The translations under genes and the position numbers were made by a program. The notes under the pieces are model-generated. The model was not told where the DNA came from. It worked only from the letters and a program-made list of their open reading frames with translations, and ran no database searches. From positions 1 to 53,412 of the forward strand of contig JAOUDF010000001.1 of assembly GCA_029859385.1 (NCBI GenBank): a stretch of DNA of 53,412 nucleotides, read 5' to 3'. Below are positions 10,309-19,235 of this stretch, one piece after another. How positions within the stretch are numbered: position 1 is the stretch's first letter; every line of letters begins with the position of its first letter. Source of the DNA: Nitrospirota bacterium. Lineage in GTDB: Bacteria > Nitrospirota > JAOUDF01.

Positions 10309-10335
10309 TTAAGTTTCCACCGAACGATCCGATAC
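10309..10335 (+). promoter_or_regulatory. sigma-28 (FliA) promoter of flagellin gene
   Basis: TTAAGTTT-N11-TCCGATAC compared with TAAAGTTT-N11-GCCGATAA. Exact spacer. Leaves a ~170-nt leader before fliC. Confidence 0.6.
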
Positions 10336-10468
10336 ATGAATTAACAGACTGAACAGGTCCATAAACCAATTAACTGGAAAGGAGGTTTAGGGAAGCAGAA
10401 AGCAGGAATCACAAGGGGCAAGGGTCTCCCCCAAATGACTCGCCAATCAACAGTTTCACTTCATAACC

Positions 10469-10507
10469 GGGCAAGGAAGCCCAAAACCAACAATCAAGGA
10501 GGATTGT
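10469..10507 (+). promoter_or_regulatory. two GGA-in-loop hairpins in the fliC leader (CsrA-type binding-site architecture); the second sequesters the Shine-Dalgarno
   Basis: GGGC-AAGGAA-GCCC (10469-10482) and ACAATC-AAGGAG-GATTGT (10490-10507). The ATG is at 10509, so the SD AAGGAGG sits in the loop and 3' stem of hairpin 2. Confidence 0.5.
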
Positions 10508-10508
10508 C

Positions 10509-12059
10509 ATGGCTCTCGGAATTAACACCAACATTGCATCATTAATCGCCCAGAGGAACCTTACCACTTCCGCTGACAAGCTGTCAGTTGCGGTACAGCG
10601 TCTTTCTTCGGGTCTTCGTATCAACAGCGCCAAGGACGACGCCGCCGGTCTGGGTATCTCTGAAAGGATGACCACTCAGATCAGGGGTCTCGACCAGGCC
10701 GCCCGTAACTCCAACGACGGTGTGTCGCTGGCGCAGACGGGTGAAGGCGCTCTGGCTGAGATTTCCAACAACCTGCAGCGTATCAGGGAACTGGCCGTAC
10801 AGGCCGCCAACTCTACCAACAGTGCCAGCGACCGCGCCGCCCTGGACGCCGAAGTCCAGCAGCGTATCGCTGAAATCGACCGTACCGCTTCCACTGCATC
10901 GTTCAACAACCAGAAGATCCTCGACGGTAACTTTGGTAGCGCTACCTTCCAGGTTGGCGCCAATGTCGGCGAAACCATCAGCGTTGCCCTTTCTACCAGT
11001 ATGCGCACCACGGCGATTGGCAAAACGGCGGATTACGTGAATGGTTCAACCCAGTACGTTTCAACTAAAGCAGTTGGTCAGCAGGGTACGGGCGTGGATG
11101 TCGCCAATGCCCTTGCTACCAGTGATCTCACTATTCAGATTGGTAGCGAAACTGCTGTTGCCGTACCGGCGTCCTCCGGTTATGCCGGTTCCGGCCAGGG
11201 CCAGGGTGCTACGAGTGCCTATGCCAAGGTCGCGGCGATCAATGCTGCCGGTGTCGGTGGCCTTACCGCTACCGCGGATACCACGGTTCTATTTGATTTC
11301 GTGGCAGTAACCGATACTGCTTCGGATTATACCTTAAACGTTAATGGTCAGGCGATCTACTCAGCCTATACTACCGCTATTAGCGGTTCCGACATGGCTA
11401 CGGCGATCAATACCAATTCATCCGCCACAGGGGTGACGGCGAGCTTTGACAGCGCCAATAACCGCATGACCCTGACTGCTACGGATGGCCGTAATATTAC
11501 GGTAAGCCAGACTACCGGCTTGGCGGACGCGGGCCTCGGGCAGGGTTTGACGACGACCAGCGCAGGTCTTAACAACACCAGCAACGACGCCAAAACTGCG
11601 ATCACTGTGACATCGGCTGCGGCGGTTTCAAACACCTTTGGTGGCACTATCCGCCTGACCGCTGCAAACTCCATAACACTGAGTGGAGCTAATGAAGCTT
11701 ATATCGGTTATGCTGACAACAGCTCGATGGCTCTCGGCAGCTCGGCTCTCAACTCAGCTTCGGTTACAACCGTGTCGAATGCCAATACGACTATTACCAA
11801 GGTCGATGCGGCAATCAACTCGGTTAATACGCTGCGCGGTACCTTCGGTTCTATCCAGAACCGTTTTGCATCGGTTGTCGCGAGCTTGATGTCGATGTCG
11901 GAGAACCTGTCAGCTGCCCGGAGCCGTATCCTTGATGCGGACTTCGCCGCGGAGACAGCATCCCTGACCAAGGCGTCAATCGCGCAGCAGGCCGGTGTGG
12001 CCATGCTTGCCCAGGCCAATGCCCTGCCGCAGCAGGTATTGTCCCTTCTGAGGGGCTAA
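10509..12059 (+). CDS. fliC: flagellin
   Basis: Canonical N-terminus [18 protein letters not shown]...[23 protein letters not shown] and C-terminus IQNRF...[42 protein letters not shown]. Ser/Thr/Ala-rich variable middle. Confidence 0.97.
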   Translation: MALGINTNIASLIAQRNLTTSADKLSVAVQRLSSGLRINSAKDDAAGLGISERMTTQIRGLDQAARNSNDGVSLAQTGEGALAEISNNLQRIRELAVQAANSTNSASDRAALDAEVQQRIAEIDRTASTASFNNQKILDGNFGSATFQVGANVGETISVALSTSMRTTAIGKTADYVNGSTQYVSTKAVGQQGTGVDVANALATSDLTIQIGSETAVAVPASSGYAGSGQGQGATSAYAKVAAINAAGVGGLTATADTTVLFDFVAVTDTASDYTLNVNGQAIYSAYTTAISGSDMATAINTNSSATGVTASFDSANNRMTLTATDGRNITVSQTTGLADAGLGQGLTTTSAGLNNTSNDAKTAITVTSAAAVSNTFGGTIRLTAANSITLSGANEAYIGYADNSSMALGSSALNSASVTTVSNANTTITKVDAAINSVNTLRGTFGSIQNRFASVVASLMSMSENLSAARSRILDADFAAETASLTKASIAQQAGVAMLAQANALPQQVLSLLRG

Positions 12060-12109
12060 CAGGATTCAGGTAAGCGGGGACGGGCGATAAGCCCGTCCCT
12101 GTAATCCTG
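12060..12109 (+). terminator. strong stem-loop immediately after fliC (possible attenuating terminator or mRNA stabiliser; no U-tract)
   Basis: GGGACGGGC-GATAA-GCCCGTCCC perfect 9-bp stem (12077-12099), nested in an outer CAGGATT/AATCCTG pairing (12060-12066 / 12103-12109). Not followed by a T-run. Confidence 0.4.
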
Positions 12110-12122
12110 AGGGGAGGCGTAT

Positions 12123-12524
12123 ATGACTACTATACCGCCATTAACTATAAAACCTGTTAACCCGGAGACTGCTTCGGCGAGTCCTTCACCAGCCAAAGGC
12201 AAGGCTGCCCCGGTTCAAAAGGTCCCTGCGGTGACCCAAGGGCAGACGCAGAAGGCACAGGAAGGGCAAAAACCTGAAGTTACGGTCGACACCCAGCGGA
12301 TGACCGAGGAGTTGAACAGGATCATCGAGAAGCTGGGGGTGGAACTCTCTTTCTCGGTTGACCACGACCTTGATGTGGTGGTTGCCAAGATTACAAAGGC
12401 CGGATCAGACGAAGTTATCCGTCAGATCCCGTCCGAAGAGATGCTCGATCTTGCCAGGAGATTAAAGGAGATGGAGGCGCGTGGAGATTCAAAAGGCGCG
12501 CTGCTTGACAGTCTCCAGGGGTAA
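12123..12524 (+). CDS. flaG: FlaG-family flagellar protein
   Basis: The C-terminal half (EELNRIIEKLGVELSFSVDHDLDVVVAKITKAGSDEVIRQIPSEEMLDLARRL) matches the FlaG pattern. Positioned between fliC and fliS. Confidence 0.8.
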   Translation: MTTIPPLTIKPVNPETASASPSPAKGKAAPVQKVPAVTQGQTQKAQEGQKPEVTVDTQRMTEELNRIIEKLGVELSFSVDHDLDVVVAKITKAGSDEVIRQIPSEEMLDLARRLKEMEARGDSKGALLDSLQG

Positions 12525-12692
12525 GTGTTCCGGACCTCTTTTAAGGTGAGAAGCGTGGCGTGGCATGATATGCGCCGCGCGACACCGGGTACGATACACG
12601 GGGTGTATCCGGACGATGGGTTGAAATTGCATGACAAGCGTGAGCAATCGCGCGGTTTTACTAAAACATCAGCCAGCCGATATGAGGCGATT

Positions 12693-13124
12693 ATGATAAA
12701 CGCACAGATCAACAAGTATCAAAACATGGGGGTAACGACGGCCAGCAAGGAGATGCTCATCCTTCTGGCGTACGAAGGTGCCATACGGTTTCTGAACGAG
12801 GCCCGGATGCATATAGAGAAGGGCAACGTCGCGCAAAAGTGCGAAAGGATCTCCCGCACCATGGCCATTATCGAGGAACTGTCTTCTTCGCTGAACATGG
12901 AGCAGGGCGGCGAGATCGCCCAGAACCTGAGGTCGCTCTATGAATATATGCTGATTCGCTTGCCCGAGGCCAACCTCAACTCGGATGTGAAGATTCTGCA
13001 TGAGGTGTCTTCTCTTCTGCAACAGCTCCATGAAGGATGGTCCGAGGCGATGGCCAAAGCCGCCGCCCCGGCCCCGGAAGTGAAGAAAGTCGCCTCGGCT
13101 CCCTTGGCCTATGTCCACGGGTAA
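12693..13124 (+). CDS. fliS: flagellin-specific export chaperone FliS
   Basis: MINAQINKYQNMGVTTASKEMLILLAYEGAIRFLNEA...LYEYM is typical FliS. ATG 12693 has GAGG 5 nt upstream. The track start at 12525 adds an unlikely 56-aa extension. Confidence 0.85.
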   Translation: MINAQINKYQNMGVTTASKEMLILLAYEGAIRFLNEARMHIEKGNVAQKCERISRTMAIIEELSSSLNMEQGGEIAQNLRSLYEYMLIRLPEANLNSDVKILHEVSSLLQQLHEGWSEAMAKAAAPAPEVKKVASAPLAYVHG

Positions 13125-13187
13125 CCGGCGGTATCAGCTTTAAAGGCGGCGGTTTGGAGCCGCCTGTTGTTGACGCGGGATGGCATT

Positions 13188-13445
13188 ATGAAGATTACTC
13201 AGTCCCAGGCAATGAACATTGTCAGGACGTATAACAAGCAGTTGCGAGTTGGCTCCATGGGGCAGGCCGAGGCCGGCGCCCCCCAGGACAAGGTATCGCT
13301 CTCCGCCGAAGCGAAGAGGCTGGGGAATGGTGTGCCGACTCCTCTTGCCGCGGACAAACCTGCTCCCAATGCGTCGCAGTCGGTTGAGACGCAGGTAAAA
13401 TCCCACACTGACTTCACTGTACAAAGAAATCTGCCGTTTGATTGA
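13188..13445 (+). CDS. FlgM-like small protein (N-terminal half resembles anti-sigma-28 FlgM; C-terminal half does not)
   Basis: MKITQSQ...PQDKVSLSAEAKRL parallels Bacillus FlgM (MKINQFG...PQDKIEISSQAKEM, from memory). The C-terminal sigma-28-binding helices are not recognisable. Confidence 0.4.
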   Translation: MKITQSQAMNIVRTYNKQLRVGSMGQAEAGAPQDKVSLSAEAKRLGNGVPTPLAADKPAPNASQSVETQVKSHTDFTVQRNLPFD

Positions 13446-13616
13446 TTTGTTGCGGACCTCCTGCTTTTCAATACATTCAGTCGGTTGATATCGGGCAATT
13501 TTTTCCCTCTTCTTTCTTTCCCCACCAGTGACCCGTCGCGGGTCTCATCGTTGAATCTCATTGTAAAACAAGACAAAATCGCCATTTCGCCAGTTGCGTA
13601 AATGCCGTGCCGTCAT

Positions 13617-13633
13617 TGGCAACATGCTTGCAT
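13617..13633 (+). promoter_or_regulatory. sigma-54 (RpoN) promoter upstream of flhB operon
   Basis: TGGCAA-CATGC-TTGCAT, a near-perfect match to TGGCAC-N5-TTGCA with correct spacing. About 190 nt upstream of the flhB start. Confidence 0.65.
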
Positions 13634-13659
13634 AAGTGACTATCGATGGTTTCAAATCG

Positions 13660-13736
13660 TCACACCGGTGAAAACCGGTGTCCAGAGGTTTTCTGGTTGG
13701 ATGTAAAGACTGGATTCCGGCTTTCGCCGGAATGAC
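13660..13736 (-). repeat. REP-like bipartite palindromic element, copy 1 (inverted relative to copies at 42737 and 43869)
   Basis: TCACACCGGTGAAAACCGGTGTCCAG ... CTGGATTCCGGCTTTCGCCGGAATGAC is the reverse complement of the element at 42737-42812. Each half is itself a hairpin. Confidence 0.85.
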
Positions 13737-13821
13737 GATAAATGGTCGCCCTGATTTTTGCCGTCACTATTCAGGTAGATAGGTTGAATAGTGACAGCGC
13801 AGCATGAACTGAGGTGCCTAC

Positions 13822-14937
13822 GTGGCTGAAGACGATCAGGAACGGACAGAACGCGCAACCGATAAGAAGCGGGAAGAGGCCCGAAAAAAGGGGCAGGTCG
13901 CCCGCAGCCAGGAGGTCCTCTCGGCGCTGGTGCTTTTCGGCGGCATGATGACGCTCTATTTCATGGGTGCCTATATCGTGCATCAGATGGCGAGTTACAT
14001 GAAGCCCGCGCTTGTTCAGTCCACCAGTCTTCATCTGAACCAGGCCAATGTTTACGGTCTTCTTATCAAGCACCTGTCGAACCTGCTTTACATGCTGATT
14101 CCGCTGTGGCTGGTGGTGATCATGCTGGGAGTGGCGGGCAACATCATGCAGGTGGGGGTCAGCTTCTCCAGCGAGGTGCTTTCTCCGAAGTTCGAGAGGC
14201 TCGACCCGATAAAGGGGCTGAAGAACATCTTCTCGGTCCGCACGCTGATGGAGGCGGCCAAATCGCTGCTCAAGGTGGGATTTCTTGCCTACGCCTCGTG
14301 GTGGCTCATCAAAAAGCAGATTGCCGAGTTCCCGGCGCTTACCCATCTCAGTGTGTGGGACATCCTTGTCTACACCGGGAAGTTTTCCTTCAGGCTCTTT
14401 CTGGTGCTGGGCGTGGTGATGGTCGCCATTGCGGTGATCGATTATGCCATCCAGAAGTATAATTTTGAAAAGAGCATCCGGATGACCAAAAAAGAGATCA
14501 GGGACGAGATGAAGGAGAGCGAGGGCGACCCGCAGGTGAAGGCCAGGATTCGTTCGCTGCAGCGGGAGATGGCGAAAAAGCGTATGATGCAGGAGGTCCC
14601 CAAGGCCGATGTGGTAATCACCAACCCGACCCACTTCGCCATCGCCATCAAGTACGACCCTCTCTCCATGGCGGCGCCGCAGGTGGTTGCCAAGGGGACG
14701 GAGCTGATCGCCCAGAAAATAAAGGAGATCGCAAAGGAGCACAAGGTTCCGGTGGTCGAAAACAAGCCCCTTGCTCAGACGCTTTACAAAACAGTCGAGA
14801 TAGGCCAGTTTATCCCGCCTAACCTCTTCCAGGCGGTGGCGGAGGTGCTGGCCTATGTGTACAAGCTTAAAAAGAAGATACCGGGGAATCTGGGCAGGCA
14901 GAGAGTCATCCCTTCCCCGCGCCCGGCTACCTATTGA
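13822..14937 (+). CDS. flhB: flagellar type III export protein FlhB
   Basis: N-terminus (GTG start) AEDDQERTERATDKKREEARKKGQVARSQEV. NPTH autocleavage site (VVITNPTHFAIAIKY). Four TM segments. Confidence 0.93.
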   Translation: MAEDDQERTERATDKKREEARKKGQVARSQEVLSALVLFGGMMTLYFMGAYIVHQMASYMKPALVQSTSLHLNQANVYGLLIKHLSNLLYMLIPLWLVVIMLGVAGNIMQVGVSFSSEVLSPKFERLDPIKGLKNIFSVRTLMEAAKSLLKVGFLAYASWWLIKKQIAEFPALTHLSVWDILVYTGKFSFRLFLVLGVVMVAIAVIDYAIQKYNFEKSIRMTKKEIRDEMKESEGDPQVKARIRSLQREMAKKRMMQEVPKADVVITNPTHFAIAIKYDPLSMAAPQVVAKGTELIAQKIKEIAKEHKVPVVENKPLAQTLYKTVEIGQFIPPNLFQAVAEVLAYVYKLKKKIPGNLGRQRVIPSPRPATY

Positions 14938-14952
14938 TAAAAGGACTACTCT

Positions 14953-17040
14953 ATGGCTGACACCGGCACTGCCGCACTGCCCTCGCTGAAAAGGGCCAAC
15001 TTCGACATCTATCTGGCATTTGCCGTGGTGGGAATTCTGCTGGTCATGCTTGTCCCGCTCCCGCCGCTGCTGCTGGACATCTTCCTCTCCATCTCGATTA
15101 CGCTCTCGCTGATCATCATCCTGGTCTCCATGTATGTGGTACGTCCGCTGGAGTTCTCGGTCTTCCCGTCGCTGCTTCTCATCGTGACCCTCTACCGGCT
15201 GGCCCTGAACGTGGCGTCCACCCGTCTTATCCTGCTGAAGGGTAATGAAGGGCCGTCGGCGGCGGGACACGTGATCCAGTCCTTCGGCCAGTTCGTGGTA
15301 GGGGGCGAGCTGGTGGTCGGGGCGATCATGTTCCTGATCCTCGTCGTTATCAACTTTGTGGTTATTACCAAGGGCGCGGGCCGTATCTCGGAAGTGGCGG
15401 CCCGCTTCACCCTCGACGCCATGCCCGGCAAGCAGATGGCCATTGACGCCGACCTTAACGCCGGCCTTATTTCCGACACCGAGGCCAGGAACCGCCGGAA
15501 GGAGATCGCCCGGGAGGCGGACTTCTACGGCGCCATGGACGGTGCCAGCAAGTTTGTGCGCGGCGATGCCATTGCGGCGGTGATCATCACCTTCATCAAC
15601 ATACTGGGCGGCCTTGCCATAGGCGTGCTGCAGAAGGGGATGGATATCGGGGCGGCGGCGCACACCTATACGCTGTTGACGGTGGGCGAAGGGCTGGTCG
15701 CCCAGATACCGGCGCTGATCGTGTCGACGGCGGCGGGTATGATCGTCACCCGGGCGGCCTCCGACTCCAATCTCGGCTCGGAGATCGCCAGGCAGGTGCT
15801 TGTCGACCCGCGGGTCTTGGCCTCGACGGCGGGGATTCTCACCTTCTTCGGCTTGATCCCCGGCCTTCCGCACCTCGCCTTTTTCTCGCTCGCGGCGGTG
15901 ACGGGCGGCGCGGCCTATATGATAACCCAGGCGAAAAAGACCGTCCCCGCCGAGGCGGAGGAGGTTGAAGCGGCGCCGGCCAAGCCTGAAGAACCGGAGG
16001 TGGTACATTCTCTCCTTGCCGTCGACGCGCTGGAGATAGAGGTGGGATACGGGCTTATCTCCCTGGTGGATACCAGCCAGGGCGGCGACCTGCTGGAGAG
16101 GATCAAGTCGATCCGCCGCCAGTGCGCCCTGGAGTTGGGTATCGTCATTCCGCCCATACGAATACGGGACAACCTGCAATTAAAGCCGAACCAGTACTCG
16201 ATCCTCATCAAGGGGGTAGAGGTGGCGGGCGGCGAGGTGATGCCCAATTACTATCTGGCCATGAACCCGGGTACTGCCGAGGGAAGGCTGGAAGGGGTGG
16301 AGACCAAGGAGCCTGCGTTCGGACTGCCGGCGGTATGGATCGACGAGCGGAGCAGGGAGCGGGCATCGGTGCTCGGCTATACGGTGGTTGACCCGTCGAC
16401 GGTAGCGGCGACGCACCTCACGGAGGTTATCAAGAGCAGTGCCGCCGACCTTCTCGGACGGCAGGATGTGCAGGGGCTTCTCGACAACCTGGCCAGGAAC
16501 TATCCGAAGGTGGTGGAGGAACTGGTACCGAACTACCTGACACTGGGCGGGGTCCAGAAGGTGCTCCAGAACCTGCTCCGCGAACGGGTGTCGATCCGCG
16601 ACCTCCTGAGCATCCTCGAGGCCCTGGCCGATGCCGCATCCTTCACCAAGGACCTCGACGCCCTTACGGAATACACGCGCCAGTCAATCGGACGGAGTAT
16701 CTGCAAGCAGTACCAGGGACCGGACGGCAAGATTTATCTCTTTACCTTCGACCCCGAACTGGAGGGTACCATCGGCGAGGCCATCCACTCGTCGGACCAG
16801 GGGTCTTACCTGGCCCTGGAGCCCAAGCTGGCACAGCGTATGATCAGGGCTTTATCGGCTGCGTCTGAAAATGCTGTTTCCGCGGGGCACCAACCAGTGC
16901 TATTATGTTCTCCACGGACAAGGCCCCATGTAAGGAGGCTTGTGGAGCGCTTCATCCCTGCGCTGGCGGTACTCTCTCACAGTGAGATACCCCAGAACAT
17001 AGATATAAACATAACGGAGGTGGTTGGTCTTGCAGATTAA
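14953..17040 (+). CDS. flhA: flagellar type III export gate protein FlhA
   Basis: FHIPEP signature region (VVINFVVITKGAGRISEVAARFTLDAMPGKQMAIDADLNAG), 695 aa, with the C-terminal cytoplasmic domain pattern. Confidence 0.95.
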   Translation: MADTGTAALPSLKRANFDIYLAFAVVGILLVMLVPLPPLLLDIFLSISITLSLIIILVSMYVVRPLEFSVFPSLLLIVTLYRLALNVASTRLILLKGNEGPSAAGHVIQSFGQFVVGGELVVGAIMFLILVVINFVVITKGAGRISEVAARFTLDAMPGKQMAIDADLNAGLISDTEARNRRKEIAREADFYGAMDGASKFVRGDAIAAVIITFINILGGLAIGVLQKGMDIGAAAHTYTLLTVGEGLVAQIPALIVSTAAGMIVTRAASDSNLGSEIARQVLVDPRVLASTAGILTFFGLIPGLPHLAFFSLAAVTGGAAYMITQAKKTVPAEAEEVEAAPAKPEEPEVVHSLLAVDALEIEVGYGLISLVDTSQGGDLLERIKSIRRQCALELGIVIPPIRIRDNLQLKPNQYSILIKGVEVAGGEVMPNYYLAMNPGTAEGRLEGVETKEPAFGLPAVWIDERSRERASVLGYTVVDPSTVAATHLTEVIKSSAADLLGRQDVQGLLDNLARNYPKVVEELVPNYLTLGGVQKVLQNLLRERVSIRDLLSILEALADAASFTKDLDALTEYTRQSIGRSICKQYQGPDGKIYLFTFDPELEGTIGEAIHSSDQGSYLALEPKLAQRMIRALSAASENAVSAGHQPVLLCSPRTRPHVRRLVERFIPALAVLSHSEIPQNIDINITEVVGLAD

Positions 17041-18256
17041 GCGGTACGAAGTTGACAATATCCAGGAGGCAATGAAGCAGATCAAGGTGGAGATGGGGCC
17101 CGATGCGGTGATCCTCTCCACGAGGCGCGTCCGGCGGACGGGCGGCAAATACGGCCTGCTCGGGAAATCGGTCCTCGAGGTGGTGGCGGCTATTGACGGT
17201 ATTCCACCGGGACTGGCCGGTGATGGAGCAATTCCCGAGCCGGTCATGCGCGGTCAGACCGTGGATACCCGTATCCATGACGACCTCGACGACCTGCGTG
17301 ATGCCATCCGCAAGGCTGGTGCGGGCGGAAGGTCTGAGGAAAAAGGGGATAACGGCAAAAGCGGCGACGGGTTGAAGGTCTTCCAGAAGGATATTGCCGA
17401 GATCAAGGGGATTATCTATTCCATGGCGGCCCAGAACCGGATCAACCGGCTGTCGACGGGCAACGGTGTTCTCTTCAAGGTATTTGCCTATCTGAAGAAT
17501 GTGGACATGGAGGAGAGTCTCGCCCTGGACCTGGTGGAACGCTACGCCGCTACCGTGCCCGACACCGGTGCACTGGACGAGAAGTCAGCGGCTGCCGGGA
17601 TACGGGACCTGATCATCCAGGACCTGACCGACTGCACCGGAGAAGGGGATGGCGGCAATAACGCAAGGGTCGTTGCCCTCATTGGCCCTACCGGCGTGGG
17701 CAAGACGACTACCATTGCAAAGCTGGCGGCCAGGAGCGCCATCAAGGACAAGGAAAAGGTGGCGATGATCACCATCGACACCTACCGGATCGCCGCCGTG
17801 GAGCAGCTGAAGACCTATGCAAAGATCATCGGCGTGCCTGTCGAGGTTGTCCAGACCCCCGAGGAGCTGACCCGGGCGCTGAAAAAGCACAAGGCCATGG
17901 ACCGCATCTACATCGACACCATCGGACAGAGCCAGAAGGACCTCGAGCAGATGCAGGAGCTCAAAGGCTTTTTCAACCATCGGGACGAAGTGCGGATCAA
18001 CCTTGTCCTCTCCGCGACGACGAAGAACAAGGACATGATGAACATTATCGAGAACTTCGGCCAGGTCCCCTTCAACGGCATCATCTTCTCAAAGATCGAT
18101 GAAAGCAACGACTTCGGAACCCTCTACAACGGGCTGCTCTGGACCCGGCGTCCGATCTCCTTCCTTACCACCGGCCAGAATGTGCCGGACGACATCGAAA
18201 CAGGGAGTTGCGAGCGGGTCGCCGACTTGCTTCTGCGACAACTGGTGACACAATGA
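17024..18256 (+). CDS. flhF: flagellar SRP-type GTPase FlhF
   Basis: N-terminus (V)LQIKRYEVDNIQEAMKQIKVEMGPDAVILS. G1 motif GPTGVGKTTT, DTIGQS, then a TKIDE-like SKIDES. The start is TTG 17024 or TTG 17030 (GGAGG at 17016-17020). Overlaps the flhA end. Confidence 0.9.
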   Translation: MVLQIKRYEVDNIQEAMKQIKVEMGPDAVILSTRRVRRTGGKYGLLGKSVLEVVAAIDGIPPGLAGDGAIPEPVMRGQTVDTRIHDDLDDLRDAIRKAGAGGRSEEKGDNGKSGDGLKVFQKDIAEIKGIIYSMAAQNRINRLSTGNGVLFKVFAYLKNVDMEESLALDLVERYAATVPDTGALDEKSAAAGIRDLIIQDLTDCTGEGDGGNNARVVALIGPTGVGKTTTIAKLAARSAIKDKEKVAMITIDTYRIAAVEQLKTYAKIIGVPVEVVQTPEELTRALKKHKAMDRIYIDTIGQSQKDLEQMQELKGFFNHRDEVRINLVLSATTKNKDMMNIIENFGQVPFNGIIFSKIDESNDFGTLYNGLLWTRRPISFLTTGQNVPDDIETGSCERVADLLLRQLVTQ

Positions 18257-19152
18257 CGCATGATCAGGCTTCCGACCTTCGGCGACTGGCGGAGCAGGCC
18301 TTCAGCCGGGAGAAGGCCCGTCCGGCCCGCGGCGCTTCATGCCGGATGATCGCCGTTACCAGCGGCAAGGGCGGCGTCGGCAAGTCTAATGTCATCCTCA
18401 ACACGGCCTGCGCCCTCTCGCAGCTGGGCAAGAAGGTGCTGGTGTTCGACGCCGATTTCGGTCTCGCCAACATCGACGTTCTGGCGGGGATTACGGTACG
18501 CTCTACCATCGCCAACGTGGTAAGCGGGGAGAGCAGCATCTCTGAAATCCTTGTCGACGGCCCCTTCGGGATAAAGATCGTGCCCGCCAGTTCAGGTCTG
18601 CAGGAAATGGCCGATATGTCCGTCAGTGACAGGGAATCGCTCATAGAGAGCATGTCGACCCTCGATTGGGACGGAGATTTTATCCTCATCGACACGGGCG
18701 CGGGGATCGCCGCTAATGTGGTCGATATCCTGCTGGCAGTCCCCGAGGTAATTGTGGTAACATTACCGGAGCCGACAGCAATTACCGATGCCTATGCCGT
18801 CATCAAGGTCCTGAGCCAGAAAGGGGCCGGCGCCAGAATAAGGCTGTTGGTGAACAGGGCCAATAACCCGCAGGAAGGGGCCGATACGTTTGACAGGCTT
18901 CAGCGGGTGGTAAAGCGGTTTCTCCCCATTGAGATAGAATATATGGGGTATGTGGCATCCGACGACCGCCTTGTCGAGGCGGTCATGCGGCAGACGCCCT
19001 TAATGGAGGCATTCCCACGGTCCGCGGCTGCCCACTGCTTCAATGACCTTGCCCGTAAAATAGCCAACCTTCCGGTGGAAGAGCGATCTACCGGCGGGTT
19101 CCAGCAGTTTTGGAGAAATTTTCTCAGAGGAAACGGAAAGGCCAGGCTCTGA
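18253..19152 (+). CDS. flhG: MinD/ParA-type ATPase FlhG (FleN)
   Basis: Deviant Walker A TSGKGGVGKSN. MinD-like body. ATG 18253 overlaps the flhF stop (ATGA). The track start 18208 is inside flhF. Confidence 0.88.
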   Translation: MTHDQASDLRRLAEQAFSREKARPARGASCRMIAVTSGKGGVGKSNVILNTACALSQLGKKVLVFDADFGLANIDVLAGITVRSTIANVVSGESSISEILVDGPFGIKIVPASSGLQEMADMSVSDRESLIESMSTLDWDGDFILIDTGAGIAANVVDILLAVPEVIVVTLPEPTAITDAYAVIKVLSQKGAGARIRLLVNRANNPQEGADTFDRLQRVVKRFLPIEIEYMGYVASDDRLVEAVMRQTPLMEAFPRSAAAHCFNDLARKIANLPVEERSTGGFQQFWRNFLRGNGKARL

Positions 19153-19235
19153 CTTCCGCCGTCTCCGGCATCTCCGCGGAGGGTACCGGCAAAATTTGCC
19201 CGGCGGACCGGCCCTTTCCGGAAAGGAGACTCACA

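Noticed and set aside
12525-12692. 56-aa N-terminal extension of fliS, and a GCCGATAT sigma-28 -10-like box at 12676-12683.
   Set aside because: FliS homology begins at MINAQINKY (ATG 12693, which has a GAGG ribosome-binding site). The -10-like box has no acceptable -35 (TTTA instead of TAAA at the right spacing). It also sits only ~10 nt from the ATG, upstream of the SD, which is an implausible geometry.
13771-16179. 802-aa minus-strand ORF, the largest of many long antisense ORFs. Others include 39485-41716, 34927-36417, 36423-37721, 37801-38835, 30673-31674, 25961-27070 and 27725-28390.
   Set aside because: Each lies antisense to a + strand gene with unmistakable family motifs (flhB/flhA, secretin, gspE, pilM-like, tsf, GGDEF, pepF). 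Each translates to Arg/Gly/His/Pro/Leu-rich low-complexity sequence with no motifs. This is the expected artefact of GC-rich third-codon positions suppressing stops on the opposite strand.
18208-18252. Track-predicted upstream starts for flhG (18208) and the HDOD gene (19110).
   Set aside because: Both extensions overlap the preceding gene or lack a ribosome-binding site. Internal ATGs (18253 with ATGA coupling; 19236 with AGGAG) coincide with where family similarity begins.
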